From NCBI GenBank assembly GCA_021158225.1, contig JAGGUZ010000015.1:1-63432 (forward strand): a DNA stretch of 63,432 nt, in the 5' to 3' direction. The DNA comes from a bacterium. GTDB lineage: Bacteria > Patescibacteriota > Gracilibacteria > UBA1369 > PNNO01. The notes below the pieces were generated by a model. That model did not search any database. It was given only the letters and a program-made list of their open reading frames with translations, and was not told the origin of the DNA. Shown piece after piece: positions 10,135 through 20,700 of this stretch (its first letter is position 1; the number at the start of each line of letters is the position of its first letter). The position numbers and the translations under genes were made by a program.

Positions 10135-13026
10135 ATGATGGGAATAGACAAAATTGTTATTAAAGGTGCTAAAATTCACAATTTAAAGAATTTAAGTGTT
10201 GATGTGCCTAAAAATAAACTGGTTGTAATTACGGGACTTAGCGGATCCGGTAAATCTTCACTCGCCTTTGATACTATATATGCGGAAGGACAAAGACGTT
10301 ATGTGGAAAGTTTATCTACATACGCGCGTCAGTTTTTGCAGTTAATGGAAAAGCCCGATGTTGATTCTATCGATGGTCTTTCTCCGGCGATTTCAATAGA
10401 TCAAAAAACAGCGTCGAGAAATCCGCGTTCGACTGTTGGAACCGTTACGGAACTCTATGATTTTTTAAGACTTTTGTTTGCTAAAGTTGGGGAACCGCAC
10501 TGTCCAAATTGCGGGGCTCCGATTAGTAGACAAAGTGTGTCTCAAATTGTCGACATAATAGCCGAGATGCCCAAAGGGAAGAAGATACTGCTTCTTGCTC
10601 CTATCGTGCGTGACAAGAAAGGTATGCATCAAAAAGTATTTGAAAAAATCAAAAAAGACGGTTTTGTAAGAGTAAGAGTGGATGGTGAAGTTGTAAATGT
10701 CCTTCATATCCCGGATTTAGATGAAAACAAAAAACATTCGATTGAAATTGTTGTTGATCGTCTTGTTGTAAAGAATTTTAAAGAATTAAGCAGAGAACTT
10801 TCATCCGGAGAAAAAATAAAAATGCCAAATCCGGATAGGACTCGATTGGCAGATTCTGTAGAGATTGCGTTAAAGTACGGAGAGGGGCTTATGAAAGTTG
10901 TAGATAATGACACAGGGAAAGTGTCTATATACTCTGAACTTTTTGCTTGTACTAAATGTAATATCAGTATTCCGGAGATTTCTCCAAGGACTTTTTCGTT
11001 TAATAGTCCGCATGGGGCGTGTCCTGTTTGTCATGGTCTTGGGACTAAGCTTGAGATTGACCCGGATCTTGTTATGCCAAATAAAAAATTAACTCTTGCG
11101 GAGGGAGCTATAATTCCATGGTCGGCTACTACATCACATTTGTCGTGGTATAATCGTATTTTGGAAGCTGTAGCAAAGGCAAATAAATTTTCCATGAATG
11201 TTCCAATAGGCAAACTTGATGAAGAAACGATTGAAACTATTTTATACGGAACGGGTGATAGAAGATATAAAGTATCGATAAATAGACATGAAGATGGATC
11301 GGCTTTTCCCGGTGAATATAAAACGGTTTTTGAAGGGGTAATCCCTAACTTGGAGAGAAGATATAGAGAAACTGATTCGGATTACATAAGACGCAAAATA
11401 GAGCAATTTATGAGGATTTTAGAGTGTCCGTTGTGTCACGGGAATCGTCTGCGTCCGGAGGCTTTGTCTGTATTAATAGATAATAAGTCTATTATCGATA
11501 TAACGAAAATGTCTATTAAGGAAGCTATTAATTTCTTTCAAAATCTTACTTTCAGTAAGATGAAGGAGCAAATTGCCAAACAAATCTTGAAAGAGATTGA
11601 AAATAGATTGTCTTTTCTTGATAATGTTGGTTTGAATTATTTAACGCTTGATAGAACCGCAAACACTCTTTCCGGAGGGGAAGCCCAGCGTATTAGACTG
11701 GCAACACAAATAGGATCGCGTCTTTCAGGGGTTTTATATGTCCTTGACGAGCCATCTATCGGTTTGCATCAAAATGATAACAAAAAACTTATTAAAACGC
11801 TTGTTTCGTTAAGAGACTTGGGTAATACGGTAATTGTGGTTGAACATGATATAGATACTATGCTTGCAGCAGATTATATTCTGGATATTGGTCCGGGAGC
11901 TGGTAAGCAGGGAGGAGAAGTGATATCAAAAGGTACACCAACCGAGGTGATGAACGATCCGAATTCAATAACAGGACAATATTTAATTGGTAAAAAGGTG
12001 ATTCCTGTCCCAAAAGAAAGGAGAAAAGGGAATGGGAAGAAAATTTTTATAAAAAATGCACGAGAGCACAATTTGAAAAATTTAGATATTGAGATACCGC
12101 TTGGACTCTTTATTGGTGTTACTGGCGTATCGGGTTCCGGTAAATCAACTTTAATAAATGAAATTCTTGTAAAAGAAATATCCAGAGTTATAAATAGATC
12201 TAAGGCGCGTCCCGGACTACATGATTCAATAGAAAATATTAAGCATATTGATAAAATTATTAATATCGATCAATCTCCGATTGGAAGGACACCAAGATCG
12301 AATCCTGCGACTTATACGGGGGTATTTGTTGACATTAGAGATCTTTTTGCCAATACATCTGAAGCACGTATGCGAGGATATAAGGCCGGACGTTTTAGTT
12401 TCAATGTAAAGGGTGGAAGATGTGAAGCTTGTAACGGTGACGGTATGAAAAAGATCGAAATGCATTTTTTGCCTGATGTTTATGTTACATGTGATGTATG
12501 TAAAGGAAAAAGATATAACAAGGAAGTTCTTGAAGTAAAATATAGAGGAAAAAATATTGCTGAGGTTCTTGAGATGACGGTTGATGAAGCTCTTGAATTT
12601 TTCCAGGCGATCCCTTCTATTAAAATAAAGCTTAAAACGTTAAGTGAGGTTGGGCTTGGATATATTCATCTTGGACAACCGGCAACCACTCTTTCCGGTG
12701 GTGAGGCTCAACGTATAAAATTGGCTTCGGAGCTTTGTAAGCGTTCAACCGGAAAAACTTTCTATGTTTTGGATGAACCAACAACAGGTTTGCATTTTGA
12801 GGATATAAAAAGGTTGCTTGAAGTCCTAAAACGGCTTGTGGATAAAGGAAATACGGTTTTAACAATTGAACACAACTTAGATGTGATTAAGTCTGTGGAT
12901 TATGTTATAGACCTTGGTCCGCATGGTGGGGATGAAGGTGGAAAAATTATAGCCAAAGGGACTCCGGAAGAAGTTGCCAAAGTAAAAAATTCTTATACCG
13001 GAAAGTGGCTTAAAAAATATTTGTAG
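10135..13026 (+). CDS. uvrA: excinuclease ABC subunit A
   Basis: Two ABC modules ([12 protein letters not shown] and [11 protein letters not shown]), LSGGEAQR twice, Walker B VLDEPS/VLDEPT, and CxxC zinc-finger pairs. Length 963 aa. Confidence 0.97.
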   Translation: MMGIDKIVIKGAKIHNLKNLSVDVPKNKLVVITGLSGSGKSSLAFDTIYAEGQRRYVESLSTYARQFLQLMEKPDVDSIDGLSPAISIDQKTASRNPRSTVGTVTELYDFLRLLFAKVGEPHCPNCGAPISRQSVSQIVDIIAEMPKGKKILLLAPIVRDKKGMHQKVFEKIKKDGFVRVRVDGEVVNVLHIPDLDENKKHSIEIVVDRLVVKNFKELSRELSSGEKIKMPNPDRTRLADSVEIALKYGEGLMKVVDNDTGKVSIYSELFACTKCNISIPEISPRTFSFNSPHGACPVCHGLGTKLEIDPDLVMPNKKLTLAEGAIIPWSATTSHLSWYNRILEAVAKANKFSMNVPIGKLDEETIETILYGTGDRRYKVSINRHEDGSAFPGEYKTVFEGVIPNLERRYRETDSDYIRRKIEQFMRILECPLCHGNRLRPEALSVLIDNKSIIDITKMSIKEAINFFQNLTFSKMKEQIAKQILKEIENRLSFLDNVGLNYLTLDRTANTLSGGEAQRIRLATQIGSRLSGVLYVLDEPSIGLHQNDNKKLIKTLVSLRDLGNTVIVVEHDIDTMLAADYILDIGPGAGKQGGEVISKGTPTEVMNDPNSITGQYLIGKKVIPVPKERRKGNGKKIFIKNAREHNLKNLDIEIPLGLFIGVTGVSGSGKSTLINEILVKEISRVINRSKARPGLHDSIENIKHIDKIINIDQSPIGRTPRSNPATYTGVFVDIRDLFANTSEARMRGYKAGRFSFNVKGGRCEACNGDGMKKIEMHFLPDVYVTCDVCKGKRYNKEVLEVKYRGKNIAEVLEMTVDEALEFFQAIPSIKIKLKTLSEVGLGYIHLGQPATTLSGGEAQRIKLASELCKRSTGKTFYVLDEPTTGLHFEDIKRLLEVLKRLVDKGNTVLTIEHNLDVIKSVDYVIDLGPHGGDEGGKIIAKGTPEEVAKVKNSYTGKWLKKYL

Positions 13027-13429
13027 GTAAAATTTTCATGTAATTTATTTTAGTGATTATATTTTTTTGCAAATTTATATTTTTCCTATACAAATATTGA
13101 TTAAGACAAAAAGCTAGACACGGACTTGGTGTTATAATTGGCTGTAAGCTTAATACTGGCTGTAAGACGACAAAATAATGCGTATATGTCCATATCTGTT
13201 CATTTGGCTTACAAATGCATGTGAATCGGTAAAGTTTAATCAAATTTAATAAAATTTAAATAAATTAAAATAAACTTGCCAAAACTATTGAAAAATTATT
13301 TAAGTTGTGATATATATAATAACGCTTCTTGAAATATAGGCATATTGTATAGAACTTGAAGAAACTTGCTAAAAGTGGTAAGATTTAGATAGAATTTGTT
13401 TATTTTGTCCAGAATTAAATCTTATTAAA

Positions 13430-13720
13430 TTGATCCCCGATAAATTACTTACCTCCGAGCAGGTTTCTAAAATACTCCAAGTACATCCATTCACCGTTTT
13501 AAAGTACATAAAAGCGGGAAAGCTTAAAGGAATCAAGCTGGGAAGGGTGTGGAGAATTCGTGAAAGTGATGTTGAAAGGTTCCTCGAAGAAAGATCCATG
13601 GCTTCTGCTGAACCAAACCAGACATTCAATCAAGAAAAGATCAAAGAGAAAGAAGAAAAAAATGAGGTTGAAAAACATATTATGCCGGATAATCAGAGCG
13701 ACCATTATATATTAGAGTGA
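13430..13720 (+). CDS. excisionase-family (HTH_17/MerR-like) helix-turn-helix DNA-binding protein
   Basis: N-terminal LLTSEQVSKILQVHPFTVLKYIKAGKLKGIKLGRVWRIRESDVERFLE is the classic excisionase-type winged HTH. TTG start, with no in-frame ATG upstream. Acidic/Lys-rich tail. Confidence 0.7.
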   Translation: MIPDKLLTSEQVSKILQVHPFTVLKYIKAGKLKGIKLGRVWRIRESDVERFLEERSMASAEPNQTFNQEKIKEKEEKNEVEKHIMPDNQSDHYILE

Positions 13721-13732
13721 TTATTAGTTACT

Positions 13733-13903
13733 ATGATCTTTAACTGCATCAGTTGCGGGAAGGCTGTGTCAAGCCATCGAGATATTTGCCCATACTGCAA
13801 AACAGATATTACCGAAATCAACGAGAAACTCAATAGACAACCGAGTAACCATATGATTAAGGGTAAATTAAAAGGAACAATACTTGCATTTGTGCATCGT
13901 TAA
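13733..13903 (+). CDS. small zinc-ribbon protein (56 aa), not in the supplied ORF track
   Basis: Own translation: MIFNCISCGKAVSSHRDICPYCKTDITEINEKLNRQPSNHMIKGKLKGTILAFVHR. It has CxxC-x10-CxxC and starts 12 nt after the HTH gene stop. Confidence 0.45.
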   Translation: MIFNCISCGKAVSSHRDICPYCKTDITEINEKLNRQPSNHMIKGKLKGTILAFVHR

Positions 13904-13968
13904 ATTAAAAAATGACTTCTTAAAAACAAACACAAGCCCTAGAAAGCCCTAGAAAAGCCTTAGCAAAG

Positions 13969-14000
13969 AACTCCCCAAAACATTCCCTCGGGGGTTTTTT
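13969..14000 (+). terminator. possible weak intrinsic terminator between convergent genes
   Basis: ACTCCCC...GGGGGT stem (about 6 bp including a G:U pair) with a long loop, followed by TTTTTT. It lies in the 100-nt gap between 13903 and 14004. Confidence 0.3.
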
Positions 14001-14003
14001 GTA

Positions 14004-15035
14004 TTATTTGCATTGTTTGTCGGCCGATTGCTTAGAGCATTGCTTAAGGCTATCAAGTGGTTTGTAGGAGTCCTCGATTGTTTTATTTAAATCAGATAAA
14101 AGCTTTTCGTATGTGTTTGCAAGGGAGTCTCCCCCATATTTGTAAAGAGCCTTGTATTTTGCCGTTAGAGTTGCTTTTTCAAGAGCAGCTTTATGTTCTT
14201 GGTCAGCTTTGCTACTTGCAAGTTGCAATGTATCCAAACTTGGACTATCTCCTGTTTTTTTTGCGAGATCGTTGAACAGTTCTTGAGTGTTTTTAATTCG
14301 ACTTACAAATTCTATTCCACTCTCTTTTAAATTGTTTATAAAATTTTTCATTCCGGTTGCCGGAAGGTTTATTGCATTATCAAAGTCTTCTTTAAGGCTT
14401 TTTGCGTCGGCTCCCATGCCTTTTATTGTATTAACAAGATGATCCCATTTTTTAATCAACATTTGTATGCTTGCATCTTGGCATTTTGAATAGCTGGAAG
14501 CTAATCTGCTTTTATATTTGGATTTATATTTATCGAATATTTTTTTAAATTCTTCTTCCGTAAATAATAATTTTTTATCAACATATTTTTCTTTTAATTG
14601 GCTATATACTTTTTCCTCCGGGATTAATCTACCGTTTTTATCTGCGAATGAAACAAAGTTTCTTAAATAATCCAGTTCTATTTCAAGTTTGTAATATTCT
14701 ATTTTCAAAAGGTTAACTTGATCGTCTTTACATCCGAGAATCGCCACTCTAAGCTGAGAACGAGTTGTATCAATTCGTCTAAGTATTGAATCTATATCCA
14801 TGTAATAACATGTATTTCGATTATATCTTATAAAAATATCTTTCCAATATTCATTAAAGTCGCTAATTGATATTGTTGAAGAAATAAAGGTATCCCATTC
14901 CGTAATACATGATGTGTTAATGCTCAAATCTGAGCCCGTTTGAGCTTTCGTCGAAAGTGGGGTTGCCATGAGTTGTAATATCAAAACAGCTACTAATAAG
15001 CTTATTCTCCCTCTTTGTATCGGTTTATTTTTCAT
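14004..15035 (-). CDS. secreted helical protein (343 aa) with C-terminal Cys pair; last gene of the giant-protein operon
   Basis: Sec-type signal peptide MKNKPIQRGRISLLVAVLILQLMATPLSTKAQ. Lys/Glu/Tyr-rich helical composition. Ends ...LKQCSKQSADKQCK. Only a 4-nt gap to the upstream gene. Confidence 0.7.
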   Translation of the reverse strand: MKNKPIQRGRISLLVAVLILQLMATPLSTKAQTGSDLSINTSCITEWDTFISSTISISDFNEYWKDIFIRYNRNTCYYMDIDSILRRIDTTRSQLRVAILGCKDDQVNLLKIEYYKLEIELDYLRNFVSFADKNGRLIPEEKVYSQLKEKYVDKKLLFTEEEFKKIFDKYKSKYKSRLASSYSKCQDASIQMLIKKWDHLVNTIKGMGADAKSLKEDFDNAINLPATGMKNFINNLKESGIEFVSRIKNTQELFNDLAKKTGDSPSLDTLQLASSKADQEHKAALEKATLTAKYKALYKYGGDSLANTYEKLLSDLNKTIEDSYKPLDSLKQCSKQSADKQCK

Positions 15036-15039
15036 GATT

Positions 15040-16578
15040 TTAAGAACAGTATGGTTTAGTTGACAAATCCGTACATGGTATTTTCATTTTGTTTAGTTGT
15101 TTTAGTATTGTGTTAAAAGCTTGATTCATAGCTTCAAGCTCTCCTGATGTCATTTGATATTGAGTATTGTTAAGCTCTGTTGTTGTTTCTTCTTTTGATT
15201 CAGTTACATTTTTTTCTACTTTCTTTCGAATGATTTGGGTTCTGTCTTGCGCTTTAACCGTTATCTCATCGATAGTTGCATTATTGGATGCACCTTGTAG
15301 AGTTTCTTTTATGCTTCTGTTTTCTACGGTTGCTTGTGGTGGTGGATTTTTTGTTTTATAAAAATATGCATTAAATGCTTCTTTTAATTTGTTCCAATCT
15401 TTTTCTATATTAAGTTTTATATATTTATCTTGATTCGATTGTCTTGGCGGAGCAACTGCGACTGTTATTATATTCATGTTCACAGGTAAATTTGTGAATG
15501 ACGATTTGCATTTTGGAACTTCAAACAGATTTCCTGACAATTTATTAGCCGATAAAGGCTTGCTTAGAAGCTTATCGAGGGCCTTATTTATATTTTGCAC
15601 ATGACATGCTATACAGTTGTCGGATTTTCCATATGCCTTAGCGCTTTTTATATCGAAGGAGATGTCTATGCAGTAAAAAGCTCCATCCGGACATAAATAT
15701 TTACTTGGCCATTCATCACTTTCGGCTTTTGGAAACTCAGGTTCATCCTTATTTCCATCCTCATTATTGTTATTGCCAGATTTATCATCTCCGTTTTGAT
15801 TCCGCTGTTGACTTTCATCAAAATCGGATATGGCATTATCAAGCACTGACTGCTTTGAAAAACAGTATAATGGTGAAAATTCAACACTGCTTGTTTGATT
15901 ATTCGTTTGAGATCCGGGGGTTTCATTTGTATTGTTGTTTTTGTCAAACAGGTCGTCTGTAAAGGCTTCATCTTCTTTATCGGAAAAATCAAAATCCGGT
16001 GTAGTAAATTTTCCACCAAACTCGCTTGTGGAAGACTCATTGAATAGAATTACTTCTATAACGGTAAGATCGCGCAGAATATCGAACTCTGAATTTGATG
16101 TATCTCCGTCCATGAATATTTCACTTGGTTTTGTTTGAAGTTCAAGTTCGCTACGTAGATTTTCCGTTTCCAATTCATTATTGTAATCGTTTAGGATCTT
16201 TGTATATTGAAACAGGATCTTACTAATATCAGCGTTTTCCTGTTTTTTTATCAATTGGCTCAGATCTCCGTTTACAACTATTGATCTTATTTGATCTTCA
16301 GTCATTGAATATTTCTTTGATATTGTTTTTGTAGCTCTATCTTTTGGGTCATTATTTATTTCTTTATATAATTTTAAATACATATCTTGATTTATGGCTG
16401 TTTTTGGCTTGTTTTTAACTTCATCCAATAATTCTTCCACAACAGTTTTATCTGTTGTTTCAGAAGGCTTTGTTTTCGCTTTATTTGTTTTAGCGCTTGC
16501 GATTTGCATGCTCGCAAGTATTAACAATGTTATGGCCGATATGTAAACAAGTTGTTTTCTCATGGTGTTTAGGTGCAT
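15040..16578 (-). CDS. secreted protein (512 aa) with Asn/Asp-rich low-complexity centre and C-terminal Cys pair
   Basis: Signal peptide (MHLNT)MRKQLVYISAITLLILASMQIASA, with an alternative start at ATG 16563. Cys cluster YLCPDGAFYCIDISF...NCIACHV. Ends ...LNKMKIPCTDLSTKPYCS. Confidence 0.7.
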   Translation of the reverse strand: MHLNTMRKQLVYISAITLLILASMQIASAKTNKAKTKPSETTDKTVVEELLDEVKNKPKTAINQDMYLKLYKEINNDPKDRATKTISKKYSMTEDQIRSIVVNGDLSQLIKKQENADISKILFQYTKILNDYNNELETENLRSELELQTKPSEIFMDGDTSNSEFDILRDLTVIEVILFNESSTSEFGGKFTTPDFDFSDKEDEAFTDDLFDKNNNTNETPGSQTNNQTSSVEFSPLYCFSKQSVLDNAISDFDESQQRNQNGDDKSGNNNNEDGNKDEPEFPKAESDEWPSKYLCPDGAFYCIDISFDIKSAKAYGKSDNCIACHVQNINKALDKLLSKPLSANKLSGNLFEVPKCKSSFTNLPVNMNIITVAVAPPRQSNQDKYIKLNIEKDWNKLKEAFNAYFYKTKNPPPQATVENRSIKETLQGASNNATIDEITVKAQDRTQIIRKKVEKNVTESKEETTTELNNTQYQMTSGELEAMNQAFNTILKQLNKMKIPCTDLSTKPYCS

Positions 16579-17243
16579 GCGGTTGTAGTTGCGTCAATGA
16601 ATTTCCCGGGTAATTTTTCCACTTCCTTTCTAAATTCACTGAATTTTTTGTTGTATTTTGTTAGGCTTTTTATAATTTTTTCGTATTGAAGATGCATTTT
16701 GTATTTAATAAGAAGCTCGTTATATGTCTTGATAGATATATCTAAAGCTTTTTTTGATCTGTCCAGTTCGTTTGTGATTTCATTATGTTGCTCGGCCATT
16801 GTTAACGAGGCTTGTCCAAGCGTGATGTTTTCATCTTGTATAGTGATGTATGTTCCTCGTTTGTTTAATGCTATGGAATATTGGTCGTATTCTTTTGCTA
16901 CGGCCATTGCTAAGCAATAAGTGCTGTAGTTGTTTTCATTGCATTCATCGTTTTTCGGAGGTTTTGTTGTGCCTCCGCCTTTTTCACCCTTTTTTAAAAG
17001 GGTGAGTTTTTCATTAAAAATATCATTTACTCTTTTTTGATAAGACTTCTCTACCTCTCGAAGGCTTAGGTTCTCTTTGTCGTACGGATTTACTGCGGAA
17101 CTTGCATATAGCATATTTGCTGAGAGAATAGCTGATATTGCAATAATCAGAATAACAATGGAGCTTTGGATTGTTTTTTGTTTTATGTGTTTCATAAACA
17201 TTGTTTTACAAAACAAGGAACACGATTTTTTAATGAATTCCAT
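16569..17243 (-). CDS. secreted helical protein (about 208-224 aa)
   Basis: The signal peptide reads best from MKHIKQKTIQSSIVILIIAISAILSA. That ATG (17195) forms an ATGA overlap with the upstream stop codon. The maximal ORF reaches 17243. Ends ...KLPGKFIDATTTACT. Confidence 0.65.
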   Translation of the reverse strand: MEFIKKSCSLFCKTMFMKHIKQKTIQSSIVILIIAISAILSANMLYASSAVNPYDKENLSLREVEKSYQKRVNDIFNEKLTLLKKGEKGGGTTKPPKNDECNENNYSTYCLAMAVAKEYDQYSIALNKRGTYITIQDENITLGQASLTMAEQHNEITNELDRSKKALDISIKTYNELLIKYKMHLQYEKIIKSLTKYNKKFSEFRKEVEKLPGKFIDATTTACT

Positions 17244-17734
17244 TTTCCTAGCATTTGAGTAATATTAAGAACCAATTGATCCAGTTTTTTATTTATTTGT
17301 TGTAGTTTTGTCATAAAAGCTGTTGTAGTTTTAATGTTGGATGTTTGTTTATAATATGTTTTTAAGAGCGCTTGCATTGTTTGGATCTCGTCATTCATTT
17401 GTTTTGAGCATGCAAGTGTATCTTTTGTCTCGGAATAAAGTTTAAAGCCTTCTTGAGGCAGATATGATTCGTATTTTGTCCTAAGGTCTTTTTTATATAA
17501 TGTAAAACGTTTAAGGGCTAGATCCAGCAGTGAAGTGTTTGTTTTCTTACTTTGAAAGTGTTGATTTAAATAAGTTCTAAATTCTTCACTTTTTTTATCT
17601 ATGTAAGGTTTCATTTCCTCGACACATTTAATATCTTTCTCTTTGGAATTGCTATTTTGCGCATTTGTAATATTTACATGCGGAAATGTTAACAATAAAA
17701 ACATGAATATTACGATGCTGATTTTATTCTTCAT
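17192..17734 (-). CDS. secreted helical protein (180 aa) with C-terminal Cys pair
   Basis: Signal peptide MKNKISIVIFMFLLLTFPHVNITNAQ. The start overlaps the giant gene stop by 11 nt. Ends ...LGKWNSLKNRVPCFVKQCL. Confidence 0.7.
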   Translation of the reverse strand: MKNKISIVIFMFLLLTFPHVNITNAQNSNSKEKDIKCVEEMKPYIDKKSEEFRTYLNQHFQSKKTNTSLLDLALKRFTLYKKDLRTKYESYLPQEGFKLYSETKDTLACSKQMNDEIQTMQALLKTYYKQTSNIKTTTAFMTKLQQINKKLDQLVLNITQMLGKWNSLKNRVPCFVKQCL

Positions 17735-20700
17735 ATTTCAGTTGGTTACTTTTTGCAAATATTGTAGATAAATCTTTTGTTCCAATTACGGCGAAGAAAT
17801 CATCTCCCGGAATAAGATCTGCTTTGTGGTCGAGAGCTGATATGCATGGACAAGAATTACATGTTGGCGTAACTATATATACCCCTTCTCCCAAGCCACT
17901 TCTTGGGTCTTTGTCTATGTTAGACAAGTCATCAGACTGGTTAAGAGGATCTGTCCCGCGTGATACTTCAAGCCCATCCATAATACCACCGTTGTCGGTG
18001 TCTGGGTCGTATGGGTCTGTCTTATATATTTCAATTTCGTCTTTTGTGGTCAGACCATCGTTATCGTCATCAAATGGATCGTCTGCAGGGAAGTTTACAG
18101 GATTTGTTCCATGTTCAACCTCGTCTTTATCATTTGTTCCGCCATGATCCGTATCGGGGTCAAATGGGTTTGTGCCAAATCTATATTCGTCAATATTGAT
18201 TAGACCTTCATGATCAGGATCTTTTGTTGCATCCGATGGGGCAAATGGGTCTAAGCCATTTTTAAGTTCCCAGACACTTGGCATACCATCATTATCATCA
18301 TCAATTAAGTAGCAGTCAAAGGCTTTTAATACTCTATCGGCAATTGCAACAAATTCAGCTCGAGTTATTTTTACATTTGGATTTCCAGCTTCTTCCGGAG
18401 TAAGTATATAAGTTTTATTTACTGCACTTTTTTTAAGTAGAACAGGAGATAGATCTTGTGCAACGGCAATATATGGAGCGTACCATGGATCATCATCTGT
18501 TTTCGTTATACCTCGTAGGCTTATAATTTTTTGTTTTTCCAAAGCTTCAAGTACTATTTTTACAGCTTCGGCACGTGATATTGAGGTATCCGGTTTAAAT
18601 GGTAAAAGCCCTGTAGCTCTATCTATTTCTCCGATATAACCGGATATAAAGCCTTGATATACTGCTTCTTTAATAATTGAGTAATAATAATCTTCTTTTG
18701 AATATTTAATATCCGAAAATAAACTTGGTTCTTTGTAGCTCTCCGGTCTTGGGATTATACAGAGCATTTTCAAGATAATATCAGTAAAATCTTTACGAGA
18801 AATAAATCCATTCGGATTAAAGTTTATTACTCCATCTTTAAATTCTCCTCGTAAAATATTTTTTTGCGAAAGATTAATTATTGAATTGTAATATGGGTCA
18901 TCTTTGTTTACATCATTAAATGGCGAAGTTGCTTTTTTTGTAGGATCTTTACCGAAGGCAATTTCTTGACTATCCGTAAATCCGTCACCATCGGAATCGT
19001 TGTTTAACGGATTTGTCTTCAATCTGTATTCCTCCAAGTTGGAAAGTCCGTCTTTATCACTATCTTTAAGTGCATCTCCCGGATTTCGTGCATTAAATCC
19101 GTACATAAATTCAAAATAATCCGGCATTCCATCGTTGTCTTGGTCGGACATCGTGTTCGCTTCAGGGGGGAGACCCAAAGCATCTCTATCCGTAATAGTA
19201 GCCGAGTTTCCATTATTAATTGCAATATAAGTTTGAGCTATAACTTTTCCATCATATAAAATTTCTATAACAAGAGGATCGTTTTCTTGAGATGGTTTTA
19301 GTTGTAAATCAAGATTGTCTACAAAAAAGTATATGTTCCCGCCGGCATCGACAATTGCTATTCTTTTGTCTACTGACGAGTCTTTTATCTCTGAGGCTCC
19401 GGTAAAATTAGGATCCGATGCCGGCAAATTGTCTATCGTAAATTGATCATTTGTGTCTTTGTCTTTAATATGTACTCCTTCAAACGATACAACCGAATCT
19501 GTTGTATATTCGGTATCCTGATTATCGATTACAACGTCCGTATTTTGATCCGGAATTAATAAAATAGTTAGCAAAATTGTTTCGGTGGATTTTTCTTTTA
19601 CCACAAGCCTTGTTGGCATTGTAGGAGGAACTGCTTCAAGTACATCCACATAATATCTATTGTCAATAATGGTAATTCGTCCGGTTTTGTCGTCTATTTC
19701 GGCAACGGTATCTCCATCGGAATTTTTTAAAATCAAAGTGTCTTCAAATTTAAGATTCTTAACTTTAAACAAACCTTCTTTATCTGTAGAGTACATGCCG
19801 TTTTTATCTGCTTCGTCTGTAATTAATTGTTTACTAAGACCTTCTCTTTCACGAATTAATGCAATTGGGATATCTTTGGCAGGAGGATTAATTGAACCAG
19901 TTATAGTTTTTTCATGACTCGAAGCTTCATCAAGAGTGATGGTTGGAATGACTATATTTATTGTTATTACTTGTTTGCCGTCATTTAGAGATTCATCAAT
20001 AGCGTTAAGTACAACAATTTTTTTGCCGATTTCTTCAAAAGGTCCAAGTTCAAATATAGGATTTGTTTTATCGCTATTTGTAATGTCTCGGTCGTTCATA
20101 GGCTCTCCATCGTTATTCGAGTCCGTTTCCGGATCATTATCTAAGTAGTATTCGGTAATATTTCCTTCAGTATCAAATGATGAAGATGCATCAAGTCTCA
20201 AAGTTTGATAAAGAATTACTGTTTTTTCAGAAGGTCCGGCTTGCGCATACGGAGGTTGTTTGTCCGAACATAGTTGAGGTGCAAGTAGCTCGGTTTCCGA
20301 AGGATTACTTCTGTTCCCATTTTCATCAAACGTATATATTTGAGCGTAATAATTCCCTTCATCCGTATCCAATGAAACAAACGGATTGTTTGGGTCTATT
20401 AATTCTTTCATAAGCAATGTGTCTTGAGGACCAAGATATGTTTGTGCCCCATTCATAAACTTAACGGATGTATATCCACTTGTCATTTCGATGTAATCTC
20501 CAAAATTAACGAGCATTCCTTCTTCAAGTTTTTCCTCTGTTTTTTCTTCGGATTTTGGGTCAAAAATTTCAACTTTTCCGCTTGCAACTTGCAATGTCAA
20601 ATCATCAAAATAATTTTCCGAAATTGGCATTAATACATTTTTACTAAGAGCCAAAGTTTGTTTGTTCTTATCCGGCGGAGTAATTACAATAATACTGTCT

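Noticed and set aside
13010-13243. 77-aa minus-strand ORF in the long uvrA-HTH spacer
   Set aside because: It overlaps the uvrA stop, has no ribosome-binding context, and its Cys/Ile/Leu/Tyr-rich sequence is typical of random AT-rich translation.
13430-13720. Excisionase-family HTH as a marker of a prophage or integrative element bordering the surface island
   Set aside because: No integrase, recombinase, att-like direct repeats or phage structural genes occur in the window. Stand-alone HTH_17 proteins are common as ordinary regulators in small genomes.
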